Shown in pieces: positions 25,236 to 34,235 of a stretch of 39,102 bases of DNA. The translations under genes were made by a program, and so were the position numbers. This DNA comes from Acidobacteriota bacterium (lineage in GTDB: Bacteria; Acidobacteriota; Vicinamibacteria; Vicinamibacterales; 2-12-FULL-66-21): positions 1 through 39,102 of the forward strand of contig JABFWM010000146.1 in assembly GCA_013362195.1 (NCBI GenBank), read 5' to 3'. The notes under the pieces are model-generated. The model did not search any database. It saw only the letters and a list, made by a program, of their open reading frames with translations, and was not told the origin of the DNA. Every line of letters starts with the position of its first letter. Positions within the stretch are counted from its first letter, which is position 1.

Positions 25236-27044
25236 TCACGTCGTCAGTCCGCGGACCAGGCGGTCGAACGTACCCTGCGCCGCCTGCAGCGACTCCCATG
25301 TTCCTTGCTCGACGATCGCGCCGCGCTCGAGGACCACGATCCAGTCGGCCTCGCGGATCGTCGACAGCCGGTGCGCGATAACGATGGTGGTGCGCCCGCG
25401 GGAGGCGTTCGCGAGCGCCTGCTGCACGAGCTGCTCCGACACCGAGTCGAGGTGCGAGGTGGCTTCGTCGAGGATGAGAATGCTGGGGTCGCGCACGATC
25501 GCACGCGCGATCGCGATGCGCTGCCGCTGCCCGCCCGACACCATCGCGCCGCGTTCCCCGACGAGCGTGTCGACTCCATCGGGCAGCGAGGCGACCATGT
25601 CTCGCAGGTTCGCGGCATCGATCGCGCGATCCAGGGCATCGGGCGACGCGTGCTGCCAGCCGTAGAGCACGTTCTCCTTCAGCGTCCCGTGGAACAGGAA
25701 CGCGTCCTGCTCGACGAGCGCGATCGCGCGGTGCCAGCTTTCGGGCGTGACGTTCCAGTAGTCCATGCCGTCGACGCTGATGCGGCCCGCCGAGGGCGCG
25801 CGCAGCCGCAGGAGCAGCGCCGCGAGCGTGGACTTCCCCGACCCCGACGCGCCGACGATCGCCAGCGTCCGGCCCGCCGTCACGACGAAGTCGGCGTCGC
25901 GCAGGGCTTCGGTGCCGGTCGTGTAGCGGTAGCTGACGCGCTCGAAGCGCAGCTCCCGCCGCAGCCCCTGGAACTCGACGTGCCCGAAGGGACGCTCCGG
26001 ATACATCGGCGTCGCCAGCCACTTGTCGACCTCCCGGATGCCGCCCGCGAGATAGAACAGGTGCCCCTGCATCGTATAGAGCTGATTGAGGAGCGGCAGC
26101 AGCCGCAGCAGCACGAACCCGTACCAGAGCAAATAGCTGCTCAGCATGTGGCCGGGACGCACCAGGAAGACGTAGGCGCAGGCGACGATCAGCATCGCGC
26201 CCAGCACCGCGAGCGTTTCGGTCAGCGGGAAGAGCAGCGCCTGGGCGCGCGCGGTCGATTCCTCCGCGTCGGATTGCGCGGCGCTGACGGCCGCGAAGCG
26301 GTCGATCTCGCGCTGCTGCGAGTTCGTGACCCTGACGACGCGAACGCCGGCGAACGATTGCTCGAGCACCGACGACAACTGGTGATTGAGGTCGGTGAGG
26401 CGCGTGCCGGCGCGTCCAAGCCGCCGATACACGAACGCGAGCGTGCCGCCGATCGCGACGCCGAGCGCGACCACCAGCGAGGTGAGCGGCCACGAGATGT
26501 AGAACAGGGCGACGACATAGAACAGCGCGATGCTGAGGCGCTGCACGAAGCCGACCGATGCATCGATCGCCACCGTCGTCCGGAACGTTTCGACGAGGAA
26601 CATGTTGGCGATCTCGCCGGCCGGACGCTGATCGAAGACGTCGAGCCCGGCGCGCTGGAGACGCTCGAACAGCGCGCGGCGCAGGCCGATGGACACGCGC
26701 TGCTTGAGGCGCGCCGCGAAGAGCTGCGCGACGTAGCTCGCGACGTTCTTCGCGGCGATGGCGCTGACGATCGCGATGCAGCACACCCCCACGTAAAAGG
26801 CCGGGGAGTGGTTCGGGAGCTGCCGCTCCAGCCACTGAATCGGCCGCATCGGCACGGCGTTGGTGCCGCCGAGCAGGAGCGACAGCAAGGGGACGAGCAG
26901 GCCGACGCCCACGCCCTCGAACAGCACCATCACGAGCGAGCTGACGAGCGTGGCGATGAGGAGGCCGCGTCCGGCGCCGAGGTACGGGCGCAGCCGCATC
27001 AGCAGGCGCCAGACGTCGCGCGTCTGCAGCCACCACGAGGTCAT
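25236..27044 (-). CDS. ABC transporter, fused permease/ATP-binding exporter (MsbA-like type)
   Basis: ORF 25236..27167, trimmed to ATG 27044..27042 (MTSWWLQTRDVWRLLMRLRPYL). ATGA overlap with the upstream stop. Six-TM-type N-terminal half, Walker A GASGSGKST, signature VSGGQRQRIAIARA and Walker B ILILDEATS. Confidence 0.9.
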   Translation of the reverse strand: MTSWWLQTRDVWRLLMRLRPYLGAGRGLLIATLVSSLVMVLFEGVGVGLLVPLLSLLLGGTNAVPMRPIQWLERQLPNHSPAFYVGVCCIAIVSAIAAKNVASYVAQLFAARLKQRVSIGLRRALFERLQRAGLDVFDQRPAGEIANMFLVETFRTTVAIDASVGFVQRLSIALFYVVALFYISWPLTSLVVALGVAIGGTLAFVYRRLGRAGTRLTDLNHQLSSVLEQSFAGVRVVRVTNSQQREIDRFAAVSAAQSDAEESTARAQALLFPLTETLAVLGAMLIVACAYVFLVRPGHMLSSYLLWYGFVLLRLLPLLNQLYTMQGHLFYLAGGIREVDKWLATPMYPERPFGHVEFQGLRRELRFERVSYRYTTGTEALRDADFVVTAGRTLAIVGASGSGKSTLAALLLRLRAPSAGRISVDGMDYWNVTPESWHRAIALVEQDAFLFHGTLKENVLYGWQHASPDALDRAIDAANLRDMVASLPDGVDTLVGERGAMVSGGQRQRIAIARAIVRDPSILILDEATSHLDSVSEQLVQQALANASRGRTTIVIAHRLSTIREADWIVVLERGAIVEQGTWESLQAAQGTFDRLVRGLTT

Positions 27045-27961
27045 CGGCGCCGGCGCTCCGGCGCCGCCTTCTTCCGCTGCTCCAGTTCGTCGAGCGTCTT
27101 CGGCCAGTCGTCGCGCAGCAGCCGCGAGAGCGCGCGATCCGCGAGCAGCCGCCCGCCGGTCTGACACGGCGCGCAGTAATTCGCCTCGTTGCTCGCATAG
27201 ACGATGCGCTGGACGGGCGCGCCGCAGCGCGGGCAGGGCTGGCCGTGACGGCCGTGCACGGCCATGCCGGGGCGAAACGGCGTCACCTTCTCCGGGAACC
27301 GATCGCCGGTCTCCTCCTGCAGACGCCGCGACCAGTTGCGCAGCACGGCCACCGACGCCTCGTACAACGTCCGCATCTGGTCGTCGGTGAGCGCCTGCGT
27401 GAGGGCCATCGGAGACAGACGCGCGGCATGCAGGATCTCGTCCGAAAAGGCGTTGCCGATGCCGCTGAACAGGTGTGGATCGGTCAAGGCGCGCTTCACC
27501 GTGTGGTTCTCGCGCCGCAACGCCTCCGCGAATTCCTCGTCGCTGGCCTCGAGCACCTCGAGGCCGCCGGGATCCAGCGCGCCGACGGCGATGTCGCCCG
27601 CGACCAGGTGCAGCGACGCGCGCTTCCGCGATCCCGCTTCGGTCACGATCAGCGAACCTTCGGGGAAATCAAAGGCCGCGAGGCCGACCCGTCCGGGGAC
27701 CGGAGCGCCCGGCGGTGCCCATCGCAGTCGTCCGGCGATCATCAGATGCATCACGGCGAAGAGATCGCCTGCGAACGCGAACACCAGGCGTTTGCCCATC
27801 CGTCTGAGGCCGACGACAGGCCGACCCTCGAACTCGGACGGGCTCACCGCCACGCTGCGGAGGAAGAACGGGCTGGCGACACGAAGGCGCGTCAGCGGCT
27901 GGCCGAGCAGGCGGGGCCTGAGCGCGCTGAGGTACAGCTCGATGTCCGGCAGTTCCGGCAT
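27041..27961 (-). CDS. Fpg/Nei family DNA glycosylase (formamidopyrimidine-DNA glycosylase-like)
   Basis: ORF 27041..28087, trimmed to ATG 27961..27959 (MPELPDIELYLSAL). H2TH-type segment LTDPHLFSGIGNAFSDEILHAARLSP. C-terminal zinc finger CPRCGAPVQRIVYASNEANYCAPCQ. Confidence 0.85.
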   Translation of the reverse strand: MPELPDIELYLSALRPRLLGQPLTRLRVASPFFLRSVAVSPSEFEGRPVVGLRRMGKRLVFAFAGDLFAVMHLMIAGRLRWAPPGAPVPGRVGLAAFDFPEGSLIVTEAGSRKRASLHLVAGDIAVGALDPGGLEVLEASDEEFAEALRRENHTVKRALTDPHLFSGIGNAFSDEILHAARLSPMALTQALTDDQMRTLYEASVAVLRNWSRRLQEETGDRFPEKVTPFRPGMAVHGRHGQPCPRCGAPVQRIVYASNEANYCAPCQTGGRLLADRALSRLLRDDWPKTLDELEQRKKAAPERRRR

Positions 27962-28136
27962 TCCGCTTAGAATAAGCCGCCTTGCAAGCACGGATGCGGT
28001 CCGGCCTGCTCGCCGCGCCGCTGACGGGCGCGGCCGCCCGTTTCGTCCCGCTCGCGGTGCAGGCCCCGCCGTCCGCATGTTCCCCAATCGAGACCGGCGT
28101 GCTGGCGTCGTATCGGCCGCCGTGCCAGACCGCGGG

Positions 28137-30575
28137 TCAGTAGGCGACGAGCAGCCGCGCGGCGCGTTCGATCTCGGCGGCGCTCGGAAGAAAGCGCGCC
28201 TCGAGCGGCGGCGAGTACGGCACCGGCGTATCGAGCGCGCCGATCACGCGGACCGGCGCATCGAGCGATTCGAACGCTTCCTCTTGAACGATCGCGGCGA
28301 GGCTCTCGCCGATCCCGCCGGTGCGCGAATCTTCGTGCACGATCAACACGCGATTGCAGTGCCGCGCGACGGCCAGCACCGCCGCCTTGTCGAGCGGCGC
28401 CAGCCAGCGAAGATCGAGCACGCTCGCGTGGATGCCGTCCCCGGCAAGCGTCTCCGCGACGGCGAGCGCGGTCTGCACGTAGGCGCCGTAGGAAATGATC
28501 GCGAGGTCGTCGCCCGCGCGCCTCAAGGCGGCGGTGCCCACCGGCAGCGGCGACGGCGGCGCCGCGTCCAGCGCCTGCTTGACTCGCGGATCGCGGTAGA
28601 GCGCGATGTGCTCGTAGTAGAGGACCGGATCCGGATCCGCGATTGCCGACGCCATCAGCGCGCGCGCGTCCGACGGCGTCGAGGGCACGACGATCTTCAG
28701 TCCGGGCGTCCGGTAGAACCACGGTTCGGTGTTCTGGCTGTGGTACGGTCCCGCGTGACGGAGGCCGCCCCACGGCATCCGCAGCACCATCGGCACCGAA
28801 CCGCCCCAGCGATAGCGAATCTTCGCCGCGTTGTTCACGAGCTGATTGAAGCCGGTCGCGACGAAGTCGTTGAACTGCATCTCGCCGATTGGCCGCTGGC
28901 CGGCGAGCGCGGCGCCGACGCACACGCCAATCACCGCGCCCTCGGCGAGCGGCGCGTTCAGGATGCGATCCCCGAAGCGCGCCAGCAGCGGGCGCAGCAG
29001 CAGGAAGGCGTTGCCGTAGGCGCCCCCGACGTCCTCGCCGTAGACGAACACGCGGGGATCCGACGCGAGCGCATCGCCGATCCCGAGCATCACCGCCTCG
29101 AGGAAGGTGTGTCCCTTCGCATCGCGCGGCGGACCGGGTTCGAGCGGCGGCAGCGGCGCATCGAAGCCGGCGCCCGCGCGAATCCGCGGATCGAGCACCT
29201 CGACGCGCGTACGGCGTTCGCCGCCCGCGACCACGTCGTCGCCCACGCGATCCGCGTCCGGCCATGGTGCGCCAATCACCTCGCGCGCCTGCGCGTCGAC
29301 GAGCGCCTCGACCTCGCGCTTGATGCCTTCCAGCTCGCCTGGCCCAATCACGCCGTCGGCCTCGAGGCGCGCGGCATACGTGACGAGCGGGTCCCGCTGC
29401 GACCAGTACTCGTACAACGCACGATCGACGTACCCCTGTTCCGCGGGCGACGGGTACTGCCACGACGGCGGCGGATCCTTGCCCAGATACAGCATGTCGT
29501 CGTGGTGCGCGTGGCCGCACATCCGCATGCAGACCAGCTCGATGAGCGTAGGCCCGCGTCCGTCGCGCGCGCGCTCCACGGCCCACGTGAACGCGGCGGC
29601 GATTTCGTCCGGGTCGGTGCCGTCAATCGTGATCCCCGGCACGCCGTATCCTGACGCCTTGTCGGCGAACACGCGCGCCGCGGATTGCTCGCGAACAGGC
29701 GTCGAGAGCGCCGTCTGATTGTTCTGCACGCAGAAGATCGCCGGCAGCCGCCGCGCCGCGCACAGGTTGATCGCCTCGTGCCACTCGCCGAGCGACGACC
29801 CGCCTTCGCCGATGAACGACAGCGCGACGCGCCCGTCGCCGTGCCGGGCGAAGGCCATGGCGATCCCCGCGATCGACAGCGTCCCGATCGCCAGCGGTGC
29901 GCTCGGGGGAAGAACGCCCCACGCGAAGTCGCCGACGTGGAGATCGCGGCCGTCCATGGGCGGGCCGGCCTTGCCCATCTGCGCCGACAGCACCCGGCGC
30001 ACCATCTCACCGTCCGTTCGCATGGCGAGGACGACACCCAGATCGCGGATGAGGGGCGCGACGATGTCGCCGCGCCAGCTGTCGCCCTGCTGGAACGACG
30101 GACCCCGCCGCAGGCGGATGGCCGCGGCGTAGATCGCCTCCTGGCCGAGCGAGCGGAACCCTTTCCCCTGAAAGGCCGCGTCGCCGTAGCGGACGTCCCC
30201 GCCCGTGAAGAACTGCTTCAATCGATTGTCGGTCGCGCGCGTCAGGGCCATGCCGCGGAGGATTTCGCGGCGTTCGGCCGCGGTGAGCGAGGCGCGGATC
30301 GACGCACGGCGGAGGAAGCCGTCGCAGCCGGCGAGCAGCTCGTCGACGGCGGCGCACCAGCGTGCCGGCGACGACACGCGCGGCGTCGTGTCGGGGAAAT
30401 CCGGGGGCGGGGCCAGCGTCCGGCGCAGCGCCGCCGCAAACGGCGCACGCAGCGCGTCAATCGCGCCGGCATCCGACACGGCACCGCCGCCCACCGCGTC
30501 GAACGCTGCCAGCGCCTCCCGGTGCGCGAACGGAAACCGTTCCAGCACGAAGGCGCCGAGCAGCGCGCGGTTCAT
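28137..30575 (-). CDS. Fused alpha/beta E1 component of a TPP-dependent 2-oxoacid dehydrogenase, with an N-terminal extension of about 110 aa
   Basis: Real part of ORF 28137..30998 starts at ATG 30575..30573 (MNRALLGAFVLERF). ATGA overlap with the trxC stop. E1-alpha TPP region SFIGEGGSSLGEWHEAINLCAARRLPAIFCVQNNQTA. E1-beta region VFVYGEDVG..GNAF...RILNAPLAEGAVIGVCVGAALAGQRPIGEMQF. Confidence 0.85.
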   Translation of the reverse strand: MNRALLGAFVLERFPFAHREALAAFDAVGGGAVSDAGAIDALRAPFAAALRRTLAPPPDFPDTTPRVSSPARWCAAVDELLAGCDGFLRRASIRASLTAAERREILRGMALTRATDNRLKQFFTGGDVRYGDAAFQGKGFRSLGQEAIYAAAIRLRRGPSFQQGDSWRGDIVAPLIRDLGVVLAMRTDGEMVRRVLSAQMGKAGPPMDGRDLHVGDFAWGVLPPSAPLAIGTLSIAGIAMAFARHGDGRVALSFIGEGGSSLGEWHEAINLCAARRLPAIFCVQNNQTALSTPVREQSAARVFADKASGYGVPGITIDGTDPDEIAAAFTWAVERARDGRGPTLIELVCMRMCGHAHHDDMLYLGKDPPPSWQYPSPAEQGYVDRALYEYWSQRDPLVTYAARLEADGVIGPGELEGIKREVEALVDAQAREVIGAPWPDADRVGDDVVAGGERRTRVEVLDPRIRAGAGFDAPLPPLEPGPPRDAKGHTFLEAVMLGIGDALASDPRVFVYGEDVGGAYGNAFLLLRPLLARFGDRILNAPLAEGAVIGVCVGAALAGQRPIGEMQFNDFVATGFNQLVNNAAKIRYRWGGSVPMVLRMPWGGLRHAGPYHSQNTEPWFYRTPGLKIVVPSTPSDARALMASAIADPDPVLYYEHIALYRDPRVKQALDAAPPSPLPVGTAALRRAGDDLAIISYGAYVQTALAVAETLAGDGIHASVLDLRWLAPLDKAAVLAVARHCNRVLIVHEDSRTGGIGESLAAIVQEEAFESLDAPVRVIGALDTPVPYSPPLEARFLPSAAEIERAARLLVAY

Positions 30576-31039
30576 CGCGCGTCGACGACCGATCGCACGA
30601 AGGCCTCGATGTCGGCGGCGGGACGTGCGCCGGCGGTGCGCCCGCGTTCCCGGCCGCCCGAAAAGACCGCCATCGTGGGAATCGAGCGGATGCCGAAGCG
30701 GTCGCCGAGCTCCTGCACCTCGTCGGTGTTCACCTTGACGACGAAATAGCGGCCCTGGTTGGAGGCGGCCACGTGCGCGATCTCGGGCGCGACCATACGG
30801 CAGGGCCCGCACCACGGCGCCCAGAAATCCACGACGACGGGAATATCCGAGCTCGCGACCAGCGCGTCGAAGGTCGCCGCATCGGGCACTTCGACCGGTT
30901 CCGCCGGCGGACCGATCGTTGTCTTGCACTTCCCGCACCGCGTGTCCGCGGTGACGCGGTCGTACGCGAGACGATTGCGCTGCCCGCACGACGGACACGC
31001 GACAATGACGCCGGAGCTGTCGAGTGTTGCGTTGCTCAT
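30572..31039 (-). CDS. trxC: Thioredoxin 2 (zinc-finger N-terminal extension + WCGPC active site)
   Basis: ORF 30572..31039 (155 aa). N-terminal CPSCGQRN...CGKCK zinc-finger pattern, then VVDFWAPWCGPCRMVAP. Confidence 0.9.
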   Translation of the reverse strand: MSNATLDSSGVIVACPSCGQRNRLAYDRVTADTRCGKCKTTIGPPAEPVEVPDAATFDALVASSDIPVVVDFWAPWCGPCRMVAPEIAHVAASNQGRYFVVKVNTDEVQELGDRFGIRSIPTMAVFSGGRERGRTAGARPAADIEAFVRSVVDAR

Positions 31040-31209
31040 GATCTTGTTCCTGCCTGCTTCACGACGTCTGACGGCTCACCTGAACGATCACGAAGCGACG
31101 AAGGCCACGACGCATCACCCGCCGAACGACGTTGTCGAGTCGTTCCTTGTGTGATCTTCGTCGCGTGGTGCGCGTCGCGATGAGCCGTTGGCCGTCGCTC
31201 CGTTGCCCA

Positions 31210-31965
31210 TCAGTCCGACACCGCCAGTTCCCCCGGAATAATCGGCCGCGTTCGCGGCAGCAGGCCAAGCCGGGCGCGATTGCCGACCCAGGCGAGGACG
31301 CTCAGGAACGCCACCAGCTTGAACGCGTCGGCGCCGCGCGTCTGCGGGAGGAGCTTCCACAACAGCCACAGCACCGGCTGGGCGACCGTGACCGCCCACA
31401 CGGTTCCATAGAAGAATCGCCGCTCCTGCCCTTCCCCCTTCGTCGACGCTTTCACGCGCGGCAGCCACCCGAGGGCGCCGAGCGCGCAGATCGTGGCGAG
31501 CAGCGGAAAGTACGCGGCCTCGTAGATTTGGCGCAGCCACCAGCGTCCGGTCACGATCGCCGTGACGAGGCCGGCCATGTTGAGCACGGCGAAGGTGATC
31601 GCTTCGCTCCACGCCAGGGTGTAGCAGACCCGGCGGTAGAGCGGATTGGGACGATCTTCCGTGAACCGGATGATGTAGGGCGACGGTTCGACGCCTGGCA
31701 GCCGTCCGCGCAGGCCGGCGATGCCCGTGCCGACGAGCACCGCGGCCATCCACGCCGCCATCGCGCGGGTGAATCCGTGCGCGAAGAGCGCGAACGTCAT
31801 CGGCCCGGGCGCAATGAAAAAGACGAAGATCCAGATCGGCCAGTGCGCGAGCCGGTACCCGACCTTGTTGCGCGCGCGAATCGCGCGGTCGGATGCGAGC
31901 TCGATGCGTCGTGCGTGGCCGTGGACCTGTTCGTAGGATGGAGGCAGGATCGATCGGGGAAGCAA
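31210..31965 (-). CDS. Hypothetical multi-pass membrane protein
   Basis: ORF 31210..31965 (251 aa), with TTG start at 31965 and GAGG 4 nt upstream. Several hydrophobic helices (WPIWIFVFFIAPGPMTFALFA, AMAAWMAAVLVGTGIAGL, FAVLNMAGLVTAIV, LLATICALGALGWL). I recognise no family. Confidence 0.55.
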   Translation of the reverse strand: MLPRSILPPSYEQVHGHARRIELASDRAIRARNKVGYRLAHWPIWIFVFFIAPGPMTFALFAHGFTRAMAAWMAAVLVGTGIAGLRGRLPGVEPSPYIIRFTEDRPNPLYRRVCYTLAWSEAITFAVLNMAGLVTAIVTGRWWLRQIYEAAYFPLLATICALGALGWLPRVKASTKGEGQERRFFYGTVWAVTVAQPVLWLLWKLLPQTRGADAFKLVAFLSVLAWVGNRARLGLLPRTRPIIPGELAVSD

Positions 31966-31989
31966 GGGACCTCGACTCTCAGAACGACT

Positions 31990-32931
31990 TTAGCACGACG
32001 GCGCGGGCTCACCCGGCGCCAACCACAACAGATGTGGCCACGGTGTGTCGTGCCACGTGTCAACGGGGCGCAGCACCCGTTCGAGCGGAGCGTGCGTCGA
32101 TGTGGCGTCACGATAGGCGCGAGGCGAGAGATCGATCGCCCAGCCGCGATAGCCGTGCGCCGCCAGCGGACCGATGCATTCACGCGGATCGACGCCGCGC
32201 GCGCGGAGCAGGTCGGGATGCAGCTCGAGCACGACGGCGGCATAACGGGCCGACGCCAGGCCGGCGCGCATCCCCGCCAGCACGTCCGCTTCCCCACCCT
32301 CCACATCGATCTTGACCACGTCCACGCGAGCGCTCGACGAGGTGAGCGCATCGATCGTCGAGCAGCGCACCTCGTAGCGATGCGTGCCCTCGGCGCGCTC
32401 GACGATACGCGACACGCCGCGATTGTCCGCTCCGTCGGCGTACCCCGTCAGCACCGCGACGCCTTCCTGCGCTCCCGCCGCGACCGGGAGCGCCGTGACG
32501 TTCGCAAATCCATTCATCGACGCATTGAATTGCAACCGATCGAAGTGGCGGGGATCGGGCTCGAGCGCGAGCACGCGCCCTTCGCCGCCGACGCACGCGG
32601 CGCCCAGCAGCGAAAAGTATCCCCAGTTCGCGCCCGCGTCGACCAGCGTGCCGCCGGGCCGGAGCAGCTGCCAGATGGCGCGGGTGACCGGAGGTTCGTA
32701 GTACCCGGTCAGCCACACCTCGCGCGCGATCGCATCGCCGAGATCGCAGACGAACCGGGCGCCGCCCATCTCGTGCGCGAGGCGGCCGGCAAATGGCGCC
32801 GCGCGCGGTCGCCAGCGCGAGAGCACGGCATACCGCCCGCGCGGCATTCGGCGGACGACCGCTCGCGCGATCGGCACCCACCACGGCGGAGACGGCAGGC
32901 GGTCACCCACGAACGCCCGCGACTCTATCAC
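31990..32931 (-). CDS. FkbM family methyltransferase
   Basis: ORF 31990..33048, provisionally trimmed to GTG 32931..32929. The start is uncertain and other in-frame GTG/ATG codons lie downstream. Motifs LVDAGANWGYFSLLGA, VLALEPDP and VDVVKIDVEGGEADVLAGM. Confidence 0.75.
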   Translation of the reverse strand: MIESRAFVGDRLPSPPWWVPIARAVVRRMPRGRYAVLSRWRPRAAPFAGRLAHEMGGARFVCDLGDAIAREVWLTGYYEPPVTRAIWQLLRPGGTLVDAGANWGYFSLLGAACVGGEGRVLALEPDPRHFDRLQFNASMNGFANVTALPVAAGAQEGVAVLTGYADGADNRGVSRIVERAEGTHRYEVRCSTIDALTSSSARVDVVKIDVEGGEADVLAGMRAGLASARYAAVVLELHPDLLRARGVDPRECIGPLAAHGYRGWAIDLSPRAYRDATSTHAPLERVLRPVDTWHDTPWPHLLWLAPGEPAPSC

Positions 32932-33033
32932 GCGCGTGTTGGTCGAACGCGTGGCAGTCCTGGCTGTTCGAACGTCCGCGCGTGTACCCTTGCGGATCGC
33001 GCCCGCTGCCGCGGCGCGGACACGAGCGCTCGA

Positions 33034-33039
33034 TATACT
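33034..33039 (+). promoter_or_regulatory. Candidate -10 box TATACT, 7 nt upstream of the GT87 ATG (possible leaderless transcript)
   Basis: TATACT at 33034-33039, then gtccggc, then ATG at 33047. No SD lies between them, and I found no convincing -35. Confidence 0.25.
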
Positions 33040-33046
33040 GTCCGGC

Positions 33047-34195
33047 ATGGCCGCTTACCGGGCGAGCAGCGTGCGCACGCGCCTGCTGCTGGCGGTGCTC
33101 GCCACCGTCTCCCTCGTCGCGCTCTTCACCACGCGCGTGTCGCGCAAGATGCCGGACTTCGAGGTGTATTGGACGGCCGGGTCGCGCGCGATCGCGGCGG
33201 CGCCGCTCTATCGCGCCGAAGACGAGCACTATCAGTTCAAGTACCTGCCCGCCTTCGCGCTGCTGGCCGCGCCGCTCGCGCTGCTGCCGCTGGGCGCCGC
33301 GAAGGCGCTGTGGTTCGCCGCGTCGGCGGTGTTGATGCTGGCGCTGCTCGGATTGAGCGCCCGCGCGCTGCCCGATCCGAGGCGGCCGATCGCCCTGCTG
33401 ATCGTGCTCACCTTCCTGGCAATGGCGAAGTTCTACGCGCACGAGCTCGTGCTCGGCCAGGTGAACCTGCTGCTTGGCGTCGTCGCGGTGCTGGCCGTCC
33501 TCGCACTCGCTCGCGGCCGCGAGTGGACGGGCGGACTGCTCGTCGCGCTGGCGATTGTCATCAAGCCCTACGCGGTGCTGTTCATCCCGTGGCTGGCGGC
33601 GCGCCCGAACCGCGTGGCGCTTGGCGCGGTGCTGCTCGGCGTCGCCGCGGCGCTCGTGCTGCCGATCGCGATCTACGGCTGGGCGGGCAACGCCGCCCTG
33701 CTTCGCGACTGGTGGCACACCGTGGCCTCCACGACCGCGCCGAACCTGAGGAATCCCGACAACGTGTCGCTGGCGGCCTTCTTCGCGAAGTGGATGGGCC
33801 CGCAGCCGGCCGCCGCAAGACTGGCGCTGGCAGCCGGCGCCATTTTGCTCGCGCTCGCCGGGGTCGTCGCCGCGGCGCGGCGGACCGTGCGTGTGCCGGA
33901 ACCGCTCGAAGGGTTCCTGCTGCTGCTGTTGATCCCGCTGCTCTCGCCGCAAGGGTGGGACTACGTGTTCCTCATCTCGACGCCAGCGGTCATGCTGCTC
34001 ATCGATCGGCTCGGCGCGCTGCCGCGCGAACTGAAGATCGCCACCGCGGCCGCGATCGCTGTCGCCGCCCTGAGCATCTACGACCTCATGGGACGGCAGG
34101 CCTACGCCGCGTTCATGGCGATGTCGTTCATCACGCTCTGCTTTCTCGTCGAAGTCGCGGCGCTCGTGGCCCTGCGCCTCCGGCGCGCGGCCTGA
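33047..34195 (+). CDS. DUF2029 / glycosyltransferase family 87-like integral membrane (polyprenyl-phosphate-sugar dependent) glycosyltransferase
   Basis: ORF 32936..34195, trimmed to ATG 33047 (MAAYRASSVRTRLLLAVLATVSLV). Motifs DFEVYWTAG, YQFKYLPAFALLAAPLALLP and IVIKPYAVLFIPWL. About 10 hydrophobic segments. Confidence 0.75.
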   Translation: MAAYRASSVRTRLLLAVLATVSLVALFTTRVSRKMPDFEVYWTAGSRAIAAAPLYRAEDEHYQFKYLPAFALLAAPLALLPLGAAKALWFAASAVLMLALLGLSARALPDPRRPIALLIVLTFLAMAKFYAHELVLGQVNLLLGVVAVLAVLALARGREWTGGLLVALAIVIKPYAVLFIPWLAARPNRVALGAVLLGVAAALVLPIAIYGWAGNAALLRDWWHTVASTTAPNLRNPDNVSLAAFFAKWMGPQPAAARLALAAGAILLALAGVVAAARRTVRVPEPLEGFLLLLLIPLLSPQGWDYVFLISTPAVMLLIDRLGALPRELKIATAAAIAVAALSIYDLMGRQAYAAFMAMSFITLCFLVEVAALVALRLRRAA

Positions 34196-34235
34196 GGGCG
34201 GCGCCGCGGCGCGGCTGCCGCTATATGATCCGCCG

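Noticed and set aside
28023-28040. Hairpin ACGGGCG-cggc-CGCCCGT as an intrinsic terminator between the E1 and fpg genes
   Set aside because: There is no U-tract on the transcribed (minus) strand, so I cannot support a rho-independent terminator call. It may still form a structure.
28110-28127. TGGCAC on the minus strand downstream of the E1 gene as a sigma54 -24 element
   Set aside because: No TTGC(A/T) -12 element at the required spacing. A TTGCAA nearer the fpg start (about 27981-27986) likewise lacks a GG at -24.
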